Positions 10,291 through 24,359 are shown, numbered from the stretch's first letter. The stretch: DNA of 64,000 nucleotides from Antedon mediterranea (GCF_964355755.1 NC_092672.1:38632437-38696436); one strand, 5' to 3'. The notes: generated from the letters alone by a model not told the origin. A program made the numbers and translations.

Positions 10291-11711
10291 GCTCTAATTA
10301 ATTTGCAGCGCTTGATCTTTTTTTTGGAAAAGCGCTTTATAAATCTGTATAGTATGTCTACATTTAATTCAATCCGTAAATGTTATATTATATTTCTCTA
10401 GACACAATTAACATAGACTCGTCATGGATCCGTGAATATTTTTTTTATACTTAACTACGAACAATTGCTCTGGTTTAAGAGCATCTGAAACTCTAAATAA
10501 AAAAAAACTCACCTCTCTCGTCGTCTGTTCTTAAAATACACCAAATATTGAAGTAACCTAAATTAATGTTTACCTCCTCCTGGAATGAATCTTGAAACTA
10601 TATCTCTATCTCCAAGTAAATGAGACTGATTGGTTCATCATAGATAGATGTCTCTGTTTGCCTAAAATTTAGCCAATTAAAGACATCCAATTATTATCGA
10701 ATAGTGTGCTACGTTTACCTTGATGGTACTGTATGATATTGTTATGTTGCCTAATACAACAGACTCGCATTCAGCTAAGTCATCGATTGATGTAACTGGC
10801 TACATAGCGACCTGGTTCCAGCGATTATAATTAACAAGCTGAAATTTTAGAACTTATAAACTGAAGTACCATTTATATACACGAAAATAACAATAGATCT
10901 GATAGAGAATAACATAACGTTTTAAGTTGGCCTATTTAATATATTGTGTTTATTGTGGAATTCTATCTCATATATTAACTTTTGTTATAATAATTACGTT
11001 TTTTCATTTTTTATCACAAATTTGACTAACCTGGCACTTTAAATTTAAAGTTAACATAATTTATTTTTATTCTTTTTCTTACTTCTTACTAATGAAGAAT
11101 AATCATGTGGAAACCACTCTATTATGTAAAGCATTAATGATTTTCAATGTGCTCTTAGCTCATAAAAGGAAATGGGAGATGATTTTCTAAAGAGCTATTA
11201 CTGTGTATTAAGTCAAGTGTGCCGTTATCATTCACTAAATACCAGGAGCCTGTAATTATTGATTCAATAATAGGCGGCCTAATAACAATTATCTTCCTGT
11301 TCGATTCCTACAAGAGACGCAACACAACATAAGCGCAACGTATGTGATGTGTCCAATCACAAGCAATGGATTATTTGAAATGTCGCTTGTCATTGGTCAA
11401 CTCGAACGTTTGTCTAGTGAAAACCAGACGCTTTATTACGCCATCGTCTTCATCACAATAATTGCCATCATCATTATCATCGTCATTGTCATATATAATC
11501 ATTCTCTTCCTCATTCTCATTAATAAAGATTCCATCTTTATGTCAGTTGATGCTTAATTAATTTACCGGCCAATCTGACATCGTGGACCAATTACCAATA
11601 ACTTATTATTAATTTTGATATTCAATTTTCAGGTACAAACACCAACATGGGTGGTAACCAACGTATCCAGGTAAATTACTATTATTATTCTTTTTTTTAA
11701 TTATTCAATTT

Positions 11712-11954
11712 TAGGCAAATTGCCAAGGATAACCACAAGTGAACTCAATCACTGTCCTTCTCTCAAAGGTGGCTCTCCTGTTCCCACGACAAACATATAT
11801 ACAAGATGCTCTACATAAACAAAGACTTATTACAAGTCTTTGAGAGTGGGGTTGCAAATTGTCATGAGAAAAAATCCTGACATATTATGACAGGACTTGA
11901 ACCAAGGACCCTTAGATTGGTAACCAAGCATCATAACCACCAAAACACTAAGCC
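11712..11954 (-). mobile_element. tRNA-derived SINE
   Basis: Minus-strand head GGCTTAGTGTTTTGGTGGTTA...GGTTCAAGTCC with A-box-like and B-box-like motifs, then a body and an A-rich tail. Confidence 0.55.
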
Positions 11955-12311
11955 TATAATCTACCGTAACAGTTGCATCAATTAGTTAAATCAAAATGAC
12001 AGTACCAAGTTAAGTTGCATTGTTATTGTAGGCAGCAATCAGTATAAAAAATAAATGCAGGTTAAAGACTATGATGATATTCTTTATATATTTATTCAAT
12101 ATTAAAACAAGTGGCACCAGTATTTACAATATTAGATTAATATAGTTTCTGCGTTTATATTGTTAATTCCTCTTCTTGCTTTTTTTTATATGATTTGTAT
12201 ATGGATGTACTATCCGAAATAAAGAAATTAATGAATGAATGAATAGGCCTAACTTTTAAATGCTGATATATAGTTCCTTTTAACAGAGTAACATGTGCAC
12301 ATGATGCCTGT

Positions 12312-15300
12312 TCAATCAAAGTGTGGTGGCCATGAACGTGATAGCTCCTCATGCTTTGATTCTGGTAACCATTCTTTTAAGGCTGCAATTAAATCTACAA
12401 CAAATGGAAATATAATTGTTAAACATTATTAGCTATTTTCAGTAAATTTTTTATATAATGACTAGCAATGTTTTTCAGTGACCTTTACCCTCTTGTATAT
12501 AAAAGGAAGCAAGTAAAGTTAGTTGTCTTTGAATAATAGTATGTTTATTATATTGTTAATGTTTCTCTACTGAACTACTTTGGAAATCAATGCTTTAGCA
12601 CTGAAAGTGTCATTCAGTATAAAGACATAATAAATAAATTCTTATTTTATATCAAACTACTCAGTTTGAAGGTATTTACACCACATACGAAAGAATACAA
12701 AAGCCTAAATAGAATAAATGAATAATAACAACATGTGTCACCGAACGAAACTGTAACATGTTATTACAACATTATTCTAATTGAAACCAAAGTAACAAAA
12801 TGTGTCACTGAGTGAAACTGTAACATGTTATTACAACATTATTCTAATTGAAACCAAAGTAACAACATGTGTCACTGAGTAAAACTGTAACATGTTATTA
12901 CAACATTATTCTAATTGAAACCAAAGTAACAACATGTGTCACTGAGTGAAACTGTAACATGTTATTACAACATTATTCTAATTGAAACCAAAGTAACAAC
13001 ATGTGTCACTGAGTGAAACTGTAACATGTTATTACAACATTATTCTAATTGAAACCAAAGTAACAACATGTGTCACTGAGTAAAACTGTAACATGTTATT
13101 ACAACATTATACTAATTGAAATCAAAATAACAACATGTGTCACTGAGTGAAACTGTAACATGTTATTACAACATTATTCTAATTGAAACCAAAGTAACAA
13201 CATGTGTCACTGAGTGAAACTGTAACATGTTATTACAACATTATTCTAATTGAAACCAAAGTAACAACATGTGTCACTGAGTGAAACTGTAACATGTTAT
13301 TACAACATTATTCTAATTGAAACCAAAGTAACAACATGTGTCACTGAGTAAAACTGTAACATGTTATTACAACATTATACTAATTGAAATCAAAATAACA
13401 ACATGTGTCACTGAGTGAAACTGTAACATGTTATTACAACATTATTCTAATTGAAACCAAAGTACACATGTTAAGACTTACAATGGTTATTTTCTTGACA
13501 TGCTTGTATTAGTGTGTCTTTAGAGTCTACTCTCTTAATAGCTAAAGTATTTAGCATTGTTTGCGTTCTTGGCTGTAACCTATAAAAAACATAAATTGCT
13601 GTTAGTTATATCATTCATATAGAACTCTTTAATGTTATTGTTGTAACATGATCCTTTACAAGAGATTTCAGAAATAATGGATACAGAAATGAGGCATAAC
13701 TGCGTTCTTAGTTCCAATTGTATAATGACATTGTTCTTGCTGTTACACTTACAATTCTTGTCTCAAATTTCAAGGCTGAGAAGATTACAATTGCTAAGAT
13801 GGAAATGACCTTTAATGTACTGAGTACAATATAAATATCTTAAGACACAGTAGAATAGAGTTTTACATTAGTATATGATAAGTACATTACAGTTAGAAGG
13901 AAAATGGCAAAATTAGCACTGTGGTCATGTTACAAGAGTTGTCAAAATAATATAGATTATCTGATAAAACCCCTAGAAAGTAGGAAGCCTTTTGCCTGAG
14001 TACAATATTAATATTCTAAGACACAGTAGAATAGAGTTTTACATTAGTACAGTAGGAACAACAAACTACTTACTTGGCCCAAGTCTTAATCATAGTACTT
14101 GGAGGTGATAGTAAGCAAGAAGTGTACTTCTTAAGTTCAGAAAAAACCTAAATTATATATAAAATAGTAAATATATTAATGTAAAATGTTTAATGCTTTT
14201 TATTAACCAATTATATTGAAACCCTGTTAATTAAAAAATCATTTATACATAATAAATGTATGTGATCTTTTTCTTCTTCTGGTATCATGTCTGGTTGCAA
14301 ACATTGATGCCCTTAGTTCTCTGATGCAGTTTAAATGAAATTGTTGTTGGTAAGCTGAGTGTTATTGACTAATTTAAATGTTTTCATTTTAAAATCTACA
14401 ATTAATGTCAGAATGAAGTACTGCTAGTATTTCATATATTTGTTTATTATACTTGCATACATTTTATAAATACAATTGAAAACTCACCTGGCCTTCCAAA
14501 AGAAAGCGAGCAAACCATTTGAATCTATCAGGTGATGGTGGAAATTCCAGCTCTTGGCTTGGAAGCTGCCATGCATTGCGTCCTTCAAAATATTCAAGAT
14601 ACTTATAATTTGAAAACATTTAATAAAAAGTAATACAACAATAGTCAACACATAGTTATACCTTTTAAAAACAAATTTTAATAAATAAATTACCAAATGT
14701 TGCAGTCCTGTGACATCGGACTGTGCCAGTGATTGGATCGTATCTTGGAGATGGTTTTTCTTGAGGTTTGGAGAAAGTGCAGAGTTGGGGTAGCAGCATT
14801 GCTAGCCAGCCTGGTTCAATAGCTATCACACCTGAAATATATGTAGATATTAAGTGAATCATTTATATACATGATTCTGTTAGCATAATAAAATATAAAA
14901 AAATGATTTAGAGGTCAGATCAGGAATCTCTATGGAAACAGCTTTGATGACCTACATACCATGACCATGCAGAACACTCAAGAAAACTTGAAATACTTTT
15001 ATTTGATATGCTAGAAATCATTGCAGAAACAAGAAAATATGTTTGACTGCAAAATAAAATGCATTCTGGGAAGTTTTTGTTCATAACACATATTCTACTC
15101 TTTCATGTATGAAATGCATTCTGGGTAAGATTGTAGAATTCATAACAATATACAACAAGTACATAAACCTTTCATGAAATGCATTCTGGGAAGACATTGC
15201 AATGTACATATTCTAACCTTTCATGTATGGCTTTGTTGTTTCAATTATTTCCTGGTAAACTAGAAACTCTGGCAATTTACTAAACAGAACAGAATCGGGG

Positions 15301-18300
15301 TGAATGAAAATAGCACCCTCTATGCCAACGCACTGATAAGCATTTTTAGCTTCACGTTCTTGTGAATCAGGCATAAGTCTGTAAAGATGAAAACATTATT
15401 TTATGCAAAACAGTTTTTTTTTAAAGCAACTTCATTTTGGTGAAACAGAAAAGTAAAAATTCTAAAAAACTTACCTGGCTACATGGTTGCCAAGTCCTGA
15501 TAATACAATTTCACGTAACATTTTTACCTATAAATAAAATAAAAATTAATAGAATAATTATTAATAAAATACCAATCCTAGCTCTGGCTACACTATCAAG
15601 ATAGTTGGAAAAAAAGTGTCTAAATATGGTAGTAATATTCCCAAATATGGTAGTGATATGACATCATCATGTCCATATATGGGCACATCACATTTTTTGT
15701 CATATAAAGTTAGATAGTGTTTATAATTTGAAAGGATAGAAAAAAATTAAAAATAAATTGCTCACCTGCAGGTCAGTTGGTGGGTTCATCTTAGGGTCAA
15801 CAAATACACCACATTCAGGATTCACAGCATTAACTATACACAAAAATAGATTGAAATGACTTCCATTGTTTCTTTACTGTACATTGTACATTAATATAGA
15901 CATTACTTTTATATAATGCTTACCTGCATTAGTGAGAAGTCTTCTTAGTTTGCGTATCTCTACCATAGCCTTATGTCTTAATCCATGTGCTAAACAGAAA
16001 CCTTCTGTACAGCCCGAGTATTCAGTAGCTCCAACTGCACCCAACAACACCATTAGGTCACCAAATTCAGCTGAAGATCCCTGAAAATAGCAATTGTAAA
16101 TTTATCAGTGAAATGAACAATGGCCCTAAATGGAATTTATGTAAAAAAAATGCACACAGAATGAGATGTGCAATCTTTTGGCTTTGTACTGTATGTGTGT
16201 GATTTATTAAATTTAAATATATTTACCTTGCCTGCCCAAATCTGTTTATACTTTGATATTTTAGCTCTTTTTACTTTCAATGCCTCATTCTAGAAAAAAA
16301 AGAGAAAAAAAAGATTAGTCTTAACTACTCCCTGGCCTTAGTCTAGCTTAATTCAAACGCGTTAAATCATGTGTTTAACAAATAACTTACTCCATCTCTG
16401 CTTTCTCTCTGCCCTATATTTTGTTCAAATATTTCCTGAAACAGGAAGAAAAATGATACTATAATAGAATGTTTAAATATCAGAAAGTTAACCAAAATAT
16501 ATAAATGTTCAGTAACTCAAATGTAATTTAACATGCACTCCTTACCCTAACAGTTAGGCCAGCTACAAGAGCTATTATGTATGGTAGACAACCCTGCTGT
16601 TGGCCTAGTGAGATCATCTTGGCATAGCATGGAGCAACAGGGAAGGCAGCCATTGCCTTACCAAGTGGGGTTATCTTGCTTGTAAATGTTTCTGGGAATG
16701 TAAAAAAAAAACGGTTTCTTTGTAATGTATAAATAAAAAATGCAGACTAGTAACATACTTATACTCATTTGATTTGTGGACATTTGTAATTTAAACTCAC
16801 AAATCAGATAAACGTATGTTTTATAGGTTTTACAGTTAATTTACAAAATGCAAAACGAATTTACCTGTTTTTGTGTCTCTGAACCGAATTGGTTTTTCTG
16901 GCTGAGTGAGGGCGCCAAGTAATATCAGATGTCGTTCAGCCGTCTTAAAAACAAGAATTTCAATAGTGTGGAATAATGGAAATGAATATCCATAAAGTAG
17001 TAGTAAGTATAAAATAATTAATCTATTACGAATAATATGAAATTGCTTACCATCATGGATTCCAACTCTGGCGGTGTAGGGAACGGAAAATTAACAACCT
17101 TATCTATCCCCATATCCTGTAATAGTAATCAATATACATTTCACAAACATTTTTATTTTATGGGAATTATTATTAATCTAAACAAAAAGAGAGAATAATA
17201 TGCTGATTTTTGTAGAATCGATTGAATATGTATCAAGTGACTTACCTTCATTTGAAGAATAAGATCATCCACTGGCTTTCGTGTGATCTCTGGTGAATCA
17301 AACTTTTCAAAGTCACTGTTAAAAACCGCTGATGAATACAGCCTAGAATAAACAACAAGAAAAAGGATTTTTCATCAAAATATATAGTTTTAATTTTAGT
17401 ATGATGGTGCAGGTACATAAAAAGAGGATGAACACGTCTTACCTATAGCAATGCCCTGGTTCAGTTCTTCCTGCTCGACCTGACCTTTGATCAGCTGATG
17501 CTTTAGAAGTCCAGGTGATTTTGAATGATGACACACCAGTCACATTGTCATAGTAACGTTTTTTAACCTAAAATATACAGATTGTAAAAAGTCAATAATT
17601 ACTGTTTTAGTGTGGAAACCTAATTGATTACACTGGTAAAGTAGTTGGCATATACTGTAGATAAGTTTATTGCAAAATTAGATTGGTTTAAACAAAGTTT
17701 CACTTACCCTTCCGGTGTCTACAACATATTTTACACCAGGAATGGTGAGTGAGGTTTCAGAGACATTGGTTGAGATAACACAAAGTCTAGTTCCTTCAGG
17801 GGCTGGCATGAACACCTTAGCTTGCTTTTGAGAGTGTAACAATGAGTACATAGGGAGCACATACAAGGGGATTTCATCCTCAATTGATGGGTCCAATGCA
17901 TCTTCCTAGAACAAATAAAAGACACTCTCATTCTTCAATTGACAAAAGCTCTGACTACACTATCAAACTTTATGTGACAAAAAAATATGATGTGCCCATA
18001 TATGTTGATTTCCTGTCAAACTAGTTTTATAGTGTAGACAGAACTTTACAAATGGAGTATCATAAGCTTAAATAAATATTCCTTCAAGCTTTGAGTGGTA
18101 TTGATGAGCTTACAAATTCATCATTATCAGATTCTTCACCACTTTCATTGCCGTCGTCATGGGCAACACCTTCATCAATTTCTTCACTTTTTTCCTCCTC
18201 AACCTCTTCTTCTTCATATGGCTGTGTTGAATAACTAGAGATTAACAAAGTAGAAAATGTATATATCTAAAAGAAAACTTATTCATTTCGTTTATTTATT

Positions 18301-21300
18301 TGACCTACATAAAATCAATATATTTAAAAAAGACAAAAAAACAAAAGCAACAAAGAGATGAAAACATGCTGGGCAGGGCAGCTTAAACAAAATACATCGC
18401 TGTAACTCAAATGAGTCAGCTACCCCTCAAATTATTTTTTAAAACTTTTATTAAAATTTGTCAATAAACTTTTTCCAATTGTCCAGGTAATGATAGCTAT
18501 TTGATACTGGTCAATTGAAGGATCCTATTTATAAAATGAAATTGTGTACTATTGAACATTTTGTACTGCTAACCTTAAGAAATACTAAAGATTAAATAAC
18601 TATTTATTGATCATACTCACCTATCCAAATTTATGTGAGGTAATTTAGTTTTCTTAAATTGGATATCTTTTTTATTTTCAAGTTCTTCGTCTTCACCTGA
18701 TGAGACATCTATAAAAAAACGTTACTGTTCCTTCACTTATGTATCATAACCCACTTAAAAACATTAAATCATTTAACGTATATATATTTGTAGATTTATA
18801 AATCGATCAATATATTTACCTTTTTTTCTTCGTTTAAATTTGTTTAGTTCATATCGTGCCTTTAATTTTCTACAAAGTGTGTTGACCTCTCCTTGCCCTG
18901 TCACAAATACCAGAATTCCACCAGGGGGTAAGGTTCGATGTATCTTCAAAATCTGGAAAACAAAACAACAACCCAACAAGCTTTAAAAACAAACATTAAA
19001 AGTAGCTGAATGAAATGTATCTTTTGTGTTTCAGTATTGTGATGGTGACAAAATAAATACACTCAACTCAGTATCACTATACTTGATACAGGTAGGCCTA
19101 TTCCCTGTACTTAGACTACAATCAGACCCAAAGGCTAATGTTTCTATGTATGTTAATTTTTAATAACTGAAGTAAGGACTAAGGAGTACGCTCACCTTAC
19201 GATATGCTTCAGCTACATAATTTTCCAGGGGTGTTTTCTTGTTAAAATGAATTGTAACTGGAAACTGCCTTGAATCAATCTAAAAATATTTGAGAAAAAA
19301 GTAAATGCTACAATTACAAATCATATTCATTACTTCTTATATGATCAAATATTTTTATGATACATTTAATAAAAAGAAGTAATATATTTGGGATAGTTGG
19401 AAGTCTTTCTATCATATATGTTTGTAAAGCTCTGTCTACACTATCAAACTTGACAAAAAAAGTGTGATCTGGCCAAATATGGTAGTGATATCCATATATG
19501 GGCACATCACATAAAGTTTGATAGTGGAGACAGAGCTTTCGTCAATAAAACTAAACTTGTGTCATTAACCTTTATAACTGGAGGTGGTATCTTGAACAGA
19601 GATCTGTTTTCTGTAAAATCTTCAACCCTCAATGTTGCTGACATAACAATTAATTTTAGTGGACATTCTTTCTGCAATTTTAAAACACAAAGCACAATGG
19701 ACAGATGTAACAAGTGCACAGCAATACAAAAATGTTTTTGTATGTATTACATTGAATAAATTCATCTGGTTCCAAATAATATTTTTGTGGATTTTTACTT
19801 TTATGTTAAACCAAGACAACGAAAAGGAATAAAATTACCTTCGTGACGTTTCGCCGACAATCTGTCAGCTGCTTCAGACTAATGCCTGGGTTGGAATGGT
19901 CTGGTTTTTTGTAAGTGACGCTGAACAGCGCCACCAGCCGTCTGGTTGGTATTGACGGTAGAGCGTCTCCGCTGGCCGCCCTCCTGCTTCAACTTTTTCC
20001 AGCAAACTATCATATGTATGTGGGAGGTCATACCCACCAATGTCTCTGTTGATATTATGTGGTCTTTTTCTTATGCAGATAGATTCTTTTATTTTTCTTT
20101 TGTCTGTCTGTGCTTCTTTTTCAATAACTCTCGCATTCCAATTTGGAATATGGTCATTCCCTATAGCGTGGTCAGTTATGGCTGACTTATGTAAAACCTT
20201 GGACGAAGAATTTCTATTAGCACGTGTTCTAACTACTTGGTTGTGTGTTGATACGTCTTTTTTATGTTCCCCAATTCTTGTATTCAGTGCCCTTCCGGTC
20301 TCTCCTATATATACTTTCTCACAGTTTAGACAGTTCACTTCATATATAACCCCGCACATGTCTTCCGTTTTTATTCTATCTTTTGGGTGGACCAGTCCAT
20401 TCTTTAATTTATTACTTGGAATGAAGAAAGTGTTCACTTTGTGCTTAGCAAAAGTGCGTCGAATTCCGTGTATGTATGGGATACCTATGTGAGCTTTCAT
20501 CTTCTCCATTTCCTTTCTTTGGCGTTCTTCTGGTTTGTTTTTTGACTTTTGTTCTTTTCTCTTGTTTACGACTCTGTCTACTGACCATTTTGGATAGTTA
20601 CAAATTTTCAATGCTTTTCTAATGTGTTCCAACTCATGTTTTTTATCTTTCTCTTCACTAACAATTGTGTCTGCTCTATTCACTAACGTGTTAACCACGC
20701 TTAGTTTGTGTTCTAAGGGATGATTAGAGTGGAAGTCCAAGTATTGGTTGGTGTGAGTTGGTTTTCGGTATACCTTGGTAGCGAGTGTTCCATCTTGTTT
20801 AATCGTGATAATCATGTCCAAGAATGGTATTTGTTTCTCTGACATTATTTCTGTGGTAAACTTGATGTTGCCCGACGGGTCAATGCTATCAAGATGGCGA
20901 TTGAGGGGGAGAGGTGCATCTTTATGGACAATGGCAAAAACATCTTCATTCCAAGTAATAAATTAAAGAATGGACTGGTCCACCCAAAAGATAGAATAAA
21001 AACGGAAGACATGTGCGGGGTTATATACGAAGTGAACTGTCTAAACTGTGAGAAAGTATATATAGGAGAGACCGGAAGGGCACTGAATACAAGAATTGGG
21101 GAACATAAAAAAGACGTATCAACACACAACCAAGTAGTTAGAACACGTGCTAATAGAAATTCTTCGTCCAAGGTTTTACATAAGTCAGCCATAACTGACC
21201 ACGCTATAGGGAATGACCATATTCCAAATTGGAATGCGAGAGTTATTGAAAAAGAAGCACAGACAGACAAAAGAAAAATAAAAGAATCTATCTGCATAAA

Positions 21301-23896
21301 AAAAAGACCACATAATATCAACAGAGACATTGGTGGGTATGACCTCCCACATACATATGATAGTTTGCTGGAAAAAGTTGAAGCAGGAGGGGGCCAGCGG
21401 AGACGCTCTACCGTCAATACCAACCAGACGGCTGGTGGCGCTGTTCAGCGTCACTTACAAAAAACCAGACCATTCCAACCCAGGCATTAGTCTGAAGCAG
21501 CTGACAGATTGTCGGCGAAACGTCACGAAGGTAATTTTATTCCTTTTCGTTGTCTTGGTTTAACATAAAAGTAAAAATCCACAAAAATTTTTGTATGTAC
21601 TTTTGTAATCTATATTTATAATTTATCTTTAAAATTTACCTTGGTTCTCAATGGAACAATCCTAGATAACAGACCAATTAGAATGTCTGTATAAACACTG
21701 CGTTCATGGGCTTCATCTATGATTATTGCTGAGTATTTAGTGAGAAGAAAATCCTACAAAAAGAAAGCAGAAACATAGATAATATATACAGTTGTGCCAC
21801 TATAATGAATGACTTATATTAATTATTGATAAACTACCTTTTGAATTTCTTTTAACAGAACACCATCTGTCATAAATTTCATTTCAGTTGCTTCAGTAAC
21901 AGTTCCTTCATATCGAATTTGATAAGAAATCTTTCTAGAAAGACAAGAATTGAATTCTACATTAGTTAACAAATATAATAGCTTTGCTGTGTAATACACT
22001 TTGTCAAAAATATATCTTTAATTTGCATATGGTCAGTTGCTGTATATAAATTAGAGGTAAATTACTTTTTTCCAAGGCCCATTTCCTTGCCCACTCTCTG
22101 AGACATGTTAACAGCTGCAACTCTTCTGGGCTCTGTTACACCAATCATTCCTTTCCTAAAAAAAAACAACAAAATACATGAAAGTGTGCATCAAGTATTG
22201 TTACAAAGATAGTATAGAACCCCTATAAAGAGAAACTGCCAGGACTCAACAAATAATAAGGGTGTCCATTGAATAGGGGTGTCCATTGAATAGGATGTTC
22301 ACGGAATAGGGGATGTCCATTGAAAATGTGTGTCAATTGAATAGGGGTGTCCCAAAGAAGGTATTCTATTGTGTACATGAAAATAAGCCTTACTTGGCAA
22401 AAGCAGCTTCATAGAGAAACTGTGGGACTTGAGTAGTCTTTCCGCTGCCTGTCTCACCACAAATGATAACTACAGGGTTCTCAATGACAGCTTCCATGAT
22501 CACCTGTTCCTCTGCCAAGATTGGAAGGGCTAAGCGTGCCTCCTGTAATAATCAACATGTACATTTCATTCATATTTTCTTGAACATGGTTTATAAGTTT
22601 ATTTTATTGACTCTCACCGTACGTTACAGTATTGTCATAAAACACAGAAAAAAACCAAAATATCTTGAACATGGAAAGGTAATTAATAACATTATTACTC
22701 TCCATTCCATCCATTTCCCATCTTGTTATCTAATAGCATTATTCATTGTTGATTTACTAATAGATTTATAATATAAACAATGAGACCTGGATTTGTTGTG
22801 ATCTTTTTACAGGAACAAAAACGGTAGGTTCATGTTTTGTGCTTGATGTTTTTACAATCATATCTTTAGTTGTTTCTTTTGCACTTGTTTTCTTTCCTTC
22901 TTCATGTGCTTTTTCCTGTTTATTTATCTGTTCATTTATTGTTTCTTTTTGATCATTATTCTCCAGTTTATCTCCAGTTATTTCTTTAGATGTATTACAG
23001 TATTTAGTTTGCGGTTCGTCTAATTCTGAATCACTCTCTGACTCGCTTGATTCTTCTGAGTATGTTTCCGCTTTCTTTGCCTGATCTTCACTTGACCATT
23101 TTCGTTTATTTGCTCCTTTGACACTGTTTATACATAATACACTGCTTCTTTTTACCTGGACATTTGTATCTCTGAAACACATAGAAATTAATTTGAAAAA
23201 TGTATTTTCGATTATACATAATATAAAAGCCAGAATAGAAATATAAGTACTACAAAGTGACCCTAGAAGAGAGAATGGCTTTTGTGTTTAAAAAATAGGG
23301 GTGCGGTCAGGATGGGTGCGGTCAGGATGGGTGTGGTCGGGATGGGTGTGGTCGGGATAGGGTGTGTCTCAAAAGTCTACTGTACTTTTAATAATAATGC
23401 TTAATTTCTGCTGCCAACCTTTTAGTGACTTTTTGTCCAAGATGAGCAGTTGAGGCGAACAAGGCCATCTCTTCAGGTGAGGCTTGGTACTCTGCCAGTG
23501 ATGCCAACACATCATTTCTCTGTGAATTAAATATAATTTTACAATTTTCATCAATATTATAATTTATAATATTAAAGTTAAATAGATAGAAAGCTAAACA
23601 ATCCCATGTACCTTTTCCTTTTTTGCCTTTCGTTGTAACACCTTTTCTAGAATTTTTCGTTTCTTCTTGCTAAGTTTCTTCGACACAATCTTATCTTTAA
23701 ATTTTTTGTGATCTGTTTTGGTCTTTTTTGAAGGTAGAACAAGGGGGTTACTTGCATCACAACCACCGCCCTGATACCCTGATGTTGTCTGTACGTCGTT
23801 GATATTAACTTTTACATTGCTGCGGGCCTTTGAACTTGTTGTGTCATCGACAATCTGTCTAGCTTTGCTGTTAAATCTAGCTTTCGCTCGTCCCAT
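12312..23896 (-). CDS. DHX37: DEAH-box RNA helicase DHX37 (Dhr1/kurz), about 26 coding exons
   Basis: ATG at 23896 (MGRAKARFN) and TGA at 12312. Motifs [127 protein letters not shown]. Approximate exons: 23612-23896, 23419-23519, 22787-23171, 22394-22542, 22066-22155, 21839-21935, 21641-21753, 19570-19672, 19196-19279, 18819-18952, 18621-18708, 18114-18234, 17708-17906, 17443-17567, 17247-17342, 17051-17116, 16865-16943, 16546-16691, 16391-16436, 16228-16289, 15924-16080, 15766-15832, 15475-15527, 15218-15378, 14694-14831, 14488-14583, 14093-14147, 13480-13579, 12312-12394. Confidence 0.95.
12727..13465. repeat. 67-bp minisatellite, about 11 copies, last DHX37 intron
   Basis: Unit AACAACATGTGTCACTGAGTGAAACTGTAACATGTTATTACAACATTATTCTAATTGAAACCAAAGT. 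Confidence 0.95.
19840..19882 (-). ncRNA. Hammerhead ribozyme (variant core) in the pLTR, sense to the DHX37 pre-mRNA
   Basis: Same motif as 21487-21529, on the minus strand. Confidence 0.6.
19874..20944 (-). pseudogene. Truncated Penelope RT + GIY-YIG ORF, broken inside the YxDD motif
   Basis: The frame extends upstream of the Met at 20845 as DVFAIV...[15 protein letters not shown] to the inversion junction; only the second Asp of YxDD remains; 2-bp TC microhomology at 20943-20944. Confidence 0.85.
21487..21529 (+). ncRNA. Minimal type I hammerhead ribozyme (variant core) in the pLTR
   Basis: TTAGT-CTGAAGCA-[GCTGACA/GAT/TGTCGGC]-GAAA-CG-TC^ACGAA: 7-bp stem II, short palindromic stem III and weak stem I; hammerheads in Penelope pLTRs are established. 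Confidence 0.65.
22212..22375. mobile_element. Degenerate Tc1/pogo-like MITE with AATAGGGGTGTCC subrepeats
   Basis: TAGAACCCC...GGTATTCTA ends and internal tandem motifs. Confidence 0.4.
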
Positions 23897-24359
23897 GTTA
23901 TTATAAATATTAATCCTAATCCTATAATAATATATAAATATAATCAATTAAAGTAAAATATCATTCTTGACTTGACATTTCAACATGAAAAGATTCATTA
24001 AACGGAATCAATCATTTATAGTAATTGATGTACAGAAAAAAAAATTAAATTATGTCAATCAATACGTGTACACTAACAAAAAAAGGTTAACTTGGCTAGG
24101 CTAAAGCCTCAACTCATGGACCTCAAGAAGTTGCTCAGCTCACAGCCGTAGCGGTCCTGATCCAGCAGCAGGATTGTTTGATTTACAATGTGGGAGGAAG
24201 GTTGTGTGGCCTATCTAGGCCCTAGGTAGCCTACCGAACGGTAGCTTTCTTCTTTTCAGTTTATTTTGTGGGTTTTTTTTGACAACATTTCTGAGATGAA
24301 TTATAAATTTACTTTCAGCAATTTTTCTGTGTATCTATTACACTAGATTAAAAATTATT

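Larger units (their letters stand above)
19747..21587. mobile_element. 5'-truncated Penelope-like retroelement with an inverted duplication, in a DHX37 intron
   Basis: Minus arm encodes the RT C-terminus ([15 protein letters not shown]) and a GIY-YIG endonuclease ([21 protein letters not shown]); plus arm 20943-21587 is an inverted copy; 12-bp TSD TTTTTGTATGTA at 19735-19746 and 21588-21599. Confidence 0.95.

Noticed and set aside
20894-21490. Stand-alone GIY-YIG nuclease gene
   Set aside because: It is the inverted arm of the Penelope copy; its N-terminus is antisense RT sequence across the junction.
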